A DNA stretch of 32,000 nt from Methanocaldococcus jannaschii DSM 2661 (GTDB lineage Archaea > AGJL01 > Methanococci > Methanococcales > Methanocaldococcaceae). Position 1 is the first letter of the stretch, and each line of letters starts with the position of its first letter. The notes beneath the pieces were generated by a model, which was not told where the DNA came from, did not search any database, and saw only the letters and a program-made list of their open reading frames with translations. Location of the stretch: the NCBI RefSeq assembly GCF_000091665.1, contig NC_001732.1, forward strand, positions 6,486 to 38,485. The letters are read 5' to 3'. The translations under genes were made by a program, and so were the position numbers. This document shows positions 8,962-14,396 of this stretch, piece after piece.

Positions 8962-10059
8962 ATGAAATTCTTCAATAGGGAAAAAGAAATTAATGAAATT
9001 CTTTTAATCTTAGAAGAAGAACCAAATAATATTTATTTTATTTATGGTCCTTTAAATAGTGGAAAATCAACCCTAATAAGAGAAGTTATAACTAATAGAT
9101 TAGACAAGTCAAAATACATACCATTTTTTATTGATTTTAGAACGAGAAATATTTTAAACGTTGATAATTTTATTGAATGCTTGTTTGAAGTGGATGAAAA
9201 ATCAAAAATAGACGATTTTAGGGAATATGCCAAATCATTAGCTGATTTGTTGGTTAAAGGTAGTGAAGAGATTAGCAAATACTACTTGGGTATGCCTATT
9301 AAAGTGCCAAAACCATTCTTTGATAGAATTTTTAGTAAAAGAGATAAATCAGCAGATGTCTATCAATATATTGAATATTTATTTGCTAAATTAAATGAGA
9401 AAGGTAAAAAGCCAATTTTAATATTTGATGAATTACAGATGATTAGGGAGATAACTTTAAACGGGAATAGGTTACTATTGTGGAGTTTATTCCAGTTCTT
9501 AGTTGCCTTAACTAAAGTTCAACATCTATGCCATGTTTTCTGCTTAAGTTCTGATAGTTTGTTTATTGAATACATCTACGGAAAAGCTGAATTAAAGGGG
9601 GGAGTTGATTATATCTTAGTTGATGATTTTGATAAGAAAACTGCCTTAAAGTTTATGGATTTTTTAGCCAAACAAAAGAATATTAATCTAACTAATGAGG
9701 ATAAGGAGCTAATTTATTCTTATGTTGGTGGAAAGGCAAAGTATATTTATGATGTTATTGTCAAGTTAAAAGCTGTTAAAGATTTGAAATATATTTTAGA
9801 GACAAAACTTGAAGAGGAGCGGAATCACTTGGAAGAATTATTGGAGAAGGTTGAAGAAGATTATGAAGGCATAAATTATGATGAAGTCTTAGAAGCATTG
9901 AAATTGTTTAAAGATAATTATGAACTTCCAAAAAGTAAGATAAAAAGGAAAATTAGGATATTTTTAATTAAAGAGAATATTTTATTCTTAAATCCACAAA
10001 AAGGAACTTTAAAGCCACAAAGTTATTTGGTTTGGAATGCTATAAAGAGAATGTTGTAA
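8962..10059 (+). CDS. 'Archaeal ATPase' family P-loop NTPase (STAND-like, probable C-terminal winged helix)
   Basis: GGTGGG RBS. Walker [11 protein letters not shown], Walker B ILIFDELQ. Tandem paralogue of 7841-8945 and paralogue of 22690-23709. Confidence 0.85.
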   Translation: MKFFNREKEINEILLILEEEPNNIYFIYGPLNSGKSTLIREVITNRLDKSKYIPFFIDFRTRNILNVDNFIECLFEVDEKSKIDDFREYAKSLADLLVKGSEEISKYYLGMPIKVPKPFFDRIFSKRDKSADVYQYIEYLFAKLNEKGKKPILIFDELQMIREITLNGNRLLLWSLFQFLVALTKVQHLCHVFCLSSDSLFIEYIYGKAELKGGVDYILVDDFDKKTALKFMDFLAKQKNINLTNEDKELIYSYVGGKAKYIYDVIVKLKAVKDLKYILETKLEEERNHLEELLEKVEEDYEGINYDEVLEALKLFKDNYELPKSKIKRKIRIFLIKENILFLNPQKGTLKPQSYLVWNAIKRML

Positions 10060-10060
10060 A

Positions 10061-10112
10061 TTAAGTTATTTCAATAAAATCTACTTTTTCAAAGTCAAAA
10101 TCAAGGGTAGTG
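10061..10112 (-). pseudogene. Relic of a vapC (PIN) 3' end
   Basis: The minus strand reads ...LDFDFEKVDFIEIT*, compared with the intact VapC C-terminus FDSDFEKVDFIEIIKE* (30663-). It sits in the same convergent position 1 nt after an ATPase stop. Confidence 0.5.
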
Positions 10113-10116
10113 AGTT

Positions 10117-10329
10117 ATGAGCATTCTCATTTCTAATAAACAATTCAATCATGGGTTAAAGGATGAATTTGCTACTAAAAAGGATTTAGAATTGTTAGAA
10201 GAGAGGATTTTGAGATATGTTGATAATAAGTTCAATCAATTGGATAAAAAAATTGATAGGACTTTTTATTTACTTGTCTTCTTTATTATACTGTGGGTAT
10301 CTCGGGAGGCATTTTTTTATTTGATATAA
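10117..10329 (+). CDS. Small coiled-coil protein with C-terminal hydrophobic segment
   Basis: 70-aa ORF with KKDLELLEERILRYVDNKFNQLDKKIDR followed by FYLLVFFIILWV. It starts at the breakpoint of the vapC relic. Confidence 0.45.
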   Translation: MSILISNKQFNHGLKDEFATKKDLELLEERILRYVDNKFNQLDKKIDRTFYLLVFFIILWVSREAFFYLI

Positions 10330-10330
10330 T

Positions 10331-10415
10331 CCGAACGCCTCCCTCATCGACACCCGCTCCCCTTTACGGGGACAGACCCCCTACTGCCCCGATAGGGACA
10401 GCTAGGAAGTAGCCT
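10331..10415. ncRNA. GC-rich island with two tandem CCCC...GGGGACAG hairpins; candidate structured RNA or 3' element
   Basis: ccgaacgcctccctcatcgacacccgctcccctttacggggacagaccccctactgccccgatagggacagctaggaagtagcc stands out against AT-rich flanks. The hairpins are tcccc-tttac-gggga and ctgcccc-gata-gggacag. Confidence 0.25.
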
Positions 10416-10445
10416 TAAACTTTAATAATACTTATTATTGATAAA

Positions 10446-10754
10446 GTATTATACGTTCATACATATAAAAAATGTGAGAAAAATGAGAAAATAAAATATG
10501 TAATTTAAATTGTTAAGATTTAATAGTTTAAACGTGTGAAAAATGCTTGTTTTTAGAACATTGTATAATGTATTATGTAAATTATCTTTGGATATAATTA
10601 AAAATGTAAGAAAACCATTGAGATTTGGTGTAAAAGAGGGATAGATTGATTATATTGAAAAAAGTTTATGTTGTAAAGTGTATATTCATAATTGGTTTTT
10701 ACTAATGGACAAAATTATACAGTTTAAAATTTAAGTTTATAAATTAGTATTATT
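10446..10754 (+). repeat. Left copy of ~309-bp direct repeat
   Basis: The ends align nearly perfectly with 12770-13078 (gttcatacatataaaaaa..gagaaaaatgagaaaataaaa..atgtaatttaaatt ... aaaaccattgagattt..gtgtaaaag...agattgattatatt..aaaaagtttatgtt..taaagtgta...acaaaattatacagtttaaaatttaagtttataaattagtattatt). The centre is diverged. Confidence 0.85.
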
Positions 10755-10829
10755 CTCTTTTAGAATTTCTGCTATATGTTTAAAGCAGTTTTTCAATATT
10801 TATAATATAATTAAATCGTATGTTTGAAG

Positions 10830-10851
10830 TGGACTTTAGCCCCAAAGTCCA
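10830..10851. repeat. Hairpin tggacttt-agcccc-aaagtcca, related to the GACTT..AAGTC core of the palindrome family
   Basis: 8-bp perfect arms read directly. Confidence 0.7.
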
Positions 10852-10894
10852 ACAATGGTTAAAAATTTTCGGACACCATGCCAAAACATAGAGC

Positions 10895-10987
10895 AGATGC
10901 CACTGCAGTATATACAATATTATAATATTATATTATCAATGGCATACAGTGGCATCTCCAGAGAAGTGTAAATCCAATATGCCACTG
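10895..10987. promoter_or_regulatory. Origin-like element: AGATGCCACTG / CAGTGGCATCT inverted repeat around a 41-nt almost pure A/T spacer, plus a third ATGCCACTG
   Basis: AGATGCCACTG lies at 10895-10905 and its exact complement at 10947-10957. The spacer is cagtatatacaatattataatattatattatcaatggcata. ATGCCACTG recurs at 10979-10987. Confidence 0.4.
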
Positions 10988-11088
10988 AATATATAAAAGA
11001 AAACTATAATAATCCCTATTTTCAAAAAATAACTGTCATTACATAGCCTTGTTTGGTGAAAACACAGAAAAATTTGTAGTGATGTGTT

Positions 11089-11235
11089 ATGGGTATTATA
11101 GGTTTTGTTAATGCATTAGCTAACGTCTTTATACTACTTATATTAGGTATGGTAGGTATTTTTATTTTTGCATGGTTTTTGTTTTGCAGAGAAGATGAAG
11201 AGACAATTAGAAAAATAAAAGAAGATGATTGGTGA
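11089..11235 (+). CDS. Possible 48-aa single-pass membrane protein
   Basis: Own translation: MGIIGFVNALANVFILLILGMVGIFIFAWFLFCREDEETIRKIKEDDW*. This is one clean TM helix plus a charged tail. It is below the ORF-track size cutoff and the RBS is weak. Confidence 0.3.
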   Translation: MGIIGFVNALANVFILLILGMVGIFIFAWFLFCREDEETIRKIKEDDW

Positions 11236-11837
11236 AAGTGTGAAGTTATTAAAGATTTTTCTATTTGTTTTGTTTTGTAGTTAGAGTAGTTCTAAGTTGT
11301 GGTTGTATTGGAGATGAATGCACTCCACACCCATAGGCACTATAAGCGCGTTGAAAAGATGAATACAGTTTGTTCATGGAATGTGATAAAATTCATTAAA
11401 AATGAGTTTAAAACAATTCTTCACAATTCTTTAGGAGGATACTATGAGGTTGGTAAACTCTTTATTATAGCAGTGGCAACAAAACAGAAACAACCCTAAC
11501 TCTTTTATTAAGAATACCAACACCACCAAAACATCACCCAAAGCACCCTTATGAATAAAATGAACATCACACGAGAATCCACTCCCCTAACACTCTTTTT
11601 ACCCAACACCTTAACAACATTCATGAAACACCACACACAAACAAATCCTAAAATCAAAACATGCCACTGTATAAAACTATTGATAATAATTAATAATATA
11701 AAAATTATCAAACTTAATACTACCAAAACAAATAAAATAAATTCCCACCACAAAACAAAACAAACAAATATTATAATCACCAAACAATATAAAAACAATA
11801 ATATTATGTAAATTCCCATTAGGGAAAAGGTGAAAAC

Positions 11838-12282
11838 ATGCTCAAAAAACTATTTGGAAAAGACGATGAAAAAACAGACGAACGAATTAAAAAATTAGAA
11901 AACAGAATAGAAAAAATAGAATTAGAGTTAAAAACCATAAAAAACACAAGTTCATACCCACAAATTATAAGAATAGAAAAAGAACTCCAACAAATAATAA
12001 AAACAGACATTGACAAACTAACAACCCTATACATCAAACTCCAACCCAAACCCAACACCATAGAACAAACAAAAAATCATACAAATACTAAAACACGAAC
12101 AACCCCTACAATCATCAAAAATAGTAGAAAAACTAAAACCAAACATAAAATCAAAAGGAACAATCTACCAAGCCCTAAAACAACTACAAAAAGAGAAAAA
12201 AATAACAAAAGCCACAGTCAAAGAAAATGGTAAAAGAAAAGTATACTACAAACTCACAGATGAAAACACTGATATAACATAG
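11838..12282 (+). pseudogene. Coiled-coil plus winged-helix DNA-binding protein split by a +1 frame change near 12064-12080
   Basis: A strong RBS (AAGGTGA) precedes ATG 11838. The N-terminal part is coiled coil (ERIKKLENRIEKIELELKTIK...). After about codon 75 the tracked frame becomes low-complexity, whereas the +1 frame is open 12064-12282 and reads KIIQILKHEQPLQSSKIVEKLKPNIKSKGTIYQALKQLQKEKKITKATVKENGKRKVYYKLTDEN*. Confidence 0.6.
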
Positions 12283-12324
12283 AAAACATCCCTAATCCTA
12301 ATTGTTAAAAACATTAATTATCAA

Positions 12325-12364
12325 GGGAGGTTGCCACACTTTTTAAAAAGTGTGGCAACCTCCC
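12325..12364. repeat. Perfect 40-nt palindrome GGGAGGTTGCCACACTTTTT|AAAAAGTGTGGCAACCTCCC
   Basis: Checked base by base: 20+20 nt with no mismatch. It lies 42 nt after the wHTH frame stop. Confidence 0.95.
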
Positions 12365-12651
12365 AAATATTCCTATAAGAAACAAAATTTACCATAAAGT
12401 AATAAAAACCCCATAAACTTATTTTCCTATAGGATAAATGCCATTGACTATTAGAAAAACAACACTCTTTTATGCCACTGCTAACACACAATAAATTTCC
12501 ACATTCTATACACAATAAAGTGTTTTTAACCGTAATTTTCAACATTGGACTAACCACTCTAACAGAAATGTGAAATACCCCACACACTTCCAAGACATGA
12601 AACGCCCCTTATTTTTCAATTTTTCAATTGTATTTACTAACATTCACAAAA

Positions 12652-12687
12652 GAGGAACAGCCAATTTTTAAAAATTGGCTGTTCCTC
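12652..12687. repeat. Perfect 36-nt palindrome GAGGAACAGCCAATTTTT|AAAAATTGGCTGTTCCTC
   Basis: Checked base by base: 18+18 nt with no mismatch. It shares the TTTTTAAAAA centre with the 12325 palindrome. Confidence 0.95.
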
Positions 12688-12769
12688 CAACACCATAAAA
12701 ATGCAGACAACAAACCAAAAACCCATTAAGCAACATACTGAGATTGAATTATTACAACCTATAAAAATA

Positions 12770-13078
12770 GTGTTATATGTTCATACATATAAAAAACATG
12801 AGAAAAATGAGAAAATAAAAGATGTAATTTAAATTATTGTAATTTTTCTATTTTTGTGAGTAAATTGTGTTTAGTTTAAGAAGTATTCCCCACTTATTAT
12901 GTAAGTGGATTATTTACTCCACTAAAAATGTAATAAAACCATTGAGATTTAGTGTAAAAGATGAATAGATTGATTATATTAAAAAAAGTTTATGTTATAA
13001 AGTGTACCTTGATAATCAGTTTTCACCAATAGACAAAATTATACAGTTTAAAATTTAAGTTTATAAATTAGTATTATT
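12770..13078 (+). repeat. Right copy of ~309-bp direct repeat
   Basis: See 10446-10754. Confidence 0.85.
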
Positions 13079-13103
13079 GAAAACTAAATAATAAATTATG
13101 TGT

Positions 13104-13349
13104 TTAAATATTTATTGTTTTTAGTATTTGTTCAAATTCTGTGTATTTGATTTTGACTGGGAATAATAGTACGTTTCCAAAAAAGTTATTTTTATATTTC
13201 AATCCTTTAATGTTATATACCATGCTAATGTATTCTAAGATTGTATCAACAATGCTATCATTTAAGTCTCCCAATACAATTCCATAATAAGTTTTCCAGT
13301 AATCAGCAATATCATCTTCTTTTAAAGGATTAAAAAGTGATTTACCCAT
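13104..13349 (-). CDS. Hypothetical protein, 81 aa
   Basis: The ORF has normal amino-acid composition (MGKSLFNPLKEDDIADYWKTYYGIVLGDLNDSIVDTILEY...). A degraded copy of its 5' part lies at about 21300-21400. A palindrome copy sits 2 nt upstream of the start. Confidence 0.5.
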   Translation of the reverse strand: MGKSLFNPLKEDDIADYWKTYYGIVLGDLNDSIVDTILEYISMVYNIKGLKYKNNFFGNVLLFPVKIKYTEFEQILKTINI

Positions 13350-13351
13350 AT

Positions 13352-13375
13352 TGAATTGACTTTGAAGTCAATTCA
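13352..13375. repeat. Palindrome family copy P2 (TG centre, i.e. P1 in opposite orientation)
   Basis: tgaattgactt-tg-aagtcaattca, with perfect 11-bp arms. Confidence 0.95.
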
Positions 13376-13429
13376 CGATTATGGAAATAGTGAAACAGTG
13401 TTAGAATAAAACAAAAAGGGTAAATAAAC

Positions 13430-13633
13430 TTATTTCTTCAAAGCTAGTTTTACGTCTTCGACTTTTACTGTTTTTCTCTTTGCCATGTTTTGCCAAGTCA
13501 ACAGCTTCTTTAGCTATTTCCAAAGCTAAATCTTCTATAGCCTCAGCAAAGTATTCCGCTGCAGCCCTACTAACTCTCTCAGCCCCATCCTTTTTTAATA
13601 TCCTTACAAACGGTGCAACTGAAGCTCAGCCAT
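13430..13633 (-). pseudogene. Archaeal histone gene with two compensating frameshifts (-1 near codon 5, +1 near codon 50)
   Basis: It has the same 204-nt length as the intact histone gene (29732-29935) and keeps RBS, ATG and TAA. My alignment shows actgaagctc versus actggaagctc (1 nt lost) and 67 versus 66 nt between ctttgc and gtattc (1 nt gained). The central 45 codons ([43 protein letters not shown]) are out of frame with both ends. Confidence 0.8.
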
Positions 13634-13699
13634 AACACCACCCAAAAAAACTTATACTCAAAAATTATCAATTAAAACCTACAAAAATATTACTATTTT

Positions 13700-13990
13700 T
13701 GTACATATACACCTCCCAATATTATAATATTCTACAATACAATAATTACATAATACCACAATACAATAATCCAAAATCATGCTAAAGAAAAATCCAATAA
13801 AACCCAAAAGAATAACATGATTACATAATAAAACAATACAACAATTAATTAATAACATAATAAAAATAAAAACTTGTTAAAATTATAATATTTTAAACTA
13901 ACTAAAAAGAAAATAAAAATATAAAAATTAAAAGAGGGGGAGAGCCCGAGAGGGGAAGGGGAGAAAATGAGAAAAGTGGAAATACTATAA
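13700..13990. repeat. Arm 1 of a long inverted repeat (partner 31640-32000) with GC-rich polypurine core
   Basis: The reverse complement of 31640-31760 aligns with 13850-13985 (ataaaaataaaaacttgt..aaatt ... aaaattaaaagagggggagagcccgagaggggaaggggagaaaatgagaaaag). Core: 13934-13962. Confidence 0.7.
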
Positions 13991-14174
13991 ATAGAATATG
14001 AAACTGTCAGTTTAACTTTTATCAATAATATAGGTAAAAAATAGTAAAATATGAGGCTCACGATAGTGGCTATAAAGGAGAGAATCGTGGAAAAGAAGTA
14101 TTCAGATTAAGAAATTGCGTAGAAATCCTTCTTATTGCTTAAACGAAGAATTAAAGCATTCTATAACAGATTTC

Positions 14175-14262
14175 TTAATAATAGTAGATTCAATACGGTA
14201 ATTAGCTGGATAAAAAGCTTCATGATGTTCTATAATTGGATGCAATTGTTAACTTGACAACC
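14175..14262. repeat. Left copy of ~90-bp direct repeat flanking the helical-repeat gene pair
   Basis: ttaataatagtagattcaatacggtaattagctggataaaaagcttcatgatgttct...gttaacttgaca aligns with 15674-15763. The minus strand of both copies reads like a decayed protein C-terminus ([16 protein letters not shown] / HEVFNPANNSIKFTIL). Confidence 0.65.
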
Positions 14263-14396
14263 TCTAATAGAATAACCCTACCATCAAGTATTTTACCAGT
14301 ATTTTTTAGATTTTAAAGGTAAAAGATTTCTTTGGTGTTAAAATAGATTAGGAGTATAGAAAAGTTGATTATTTGGTTAATCCGTAGGTGATTTTT

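Noticed and set aside
1300-9278. Antisense ORFs 1300..1518, 3093..3398, 4903..5238, 5556..5744, 6211..6411, 8588..8785, 9042..9278
   Set aside because: Each is nested opposite a longer ORF with recognisable motifs. They are rich in S/F/L/I, as expected for the complement of AT-rich coding DNA. No RBS was seen.
10331-10415. tRNA or tRNA fragment (att site) in the GC-rich island
   Set aside because: I could not fold a cloverleaf or find T-arm (GTTCRAATC-like) or acceptor features. It is kept only as a generic structured-RNA candidate.
10855-10971. 38-codon ORF (MVKNFRTPCQNIEQMPLQYIQYYNIILSMAYSGISREV*)
   Set aside because: It runs straight through the inverted repeat and A/T spacer and has no RBS, so it is most likely non-coding.
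11299-11499. 66-aa plus-strand ORF
   Set aside because: It has a GTG start without an RBS, an odd composition and no motif. It is left undecided and not called.
11508-11819. Overlapping ORFs 11508..11819 (minus, very hydrophobic) and 11551..11811 (plus, N/K/T-rich)
   Set aside because: Both are explained by the extreme A+C versus G+T strand asymmetry of this tract. The minus-strand start is only 18 nt from the divergent start at 11838, leaving no room for promoters. Neither has an RBS.
11819-12061. 80-aa minus-strand ORF
   Set aside because: It is a shadow of the coiled-coil gene, which has a strong RBS on the opposite strand.
12321-12593. 90-aa minus-strand ORF
   Set aside because: It ends inside the perfect 40-nt palindrome and runs through iteron-containing DNA. 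It has a Cys-rich odd composition and no RBS.
13934-13962. G-quadruplex in the polypurine core
   Set aside because: Only three runs of four or more G are present (GGGGG, GGGG, GGGG). A canonical four-tract G4 cannot form without recruiting a GG, so it is noted only as a polypurine tract.
13849-14061. ORFs 13849..14061 (minus), 31545..31733 (plus) and 31776..31964 (plus) across the long inverted repeat
   Set aside because: The similarity between the two copies follows the nucleotide repeat. The cores differ by an indel that is not a multiple of three. The peptides are low-complexity (F/L/I/P/S or F/C/L runs).
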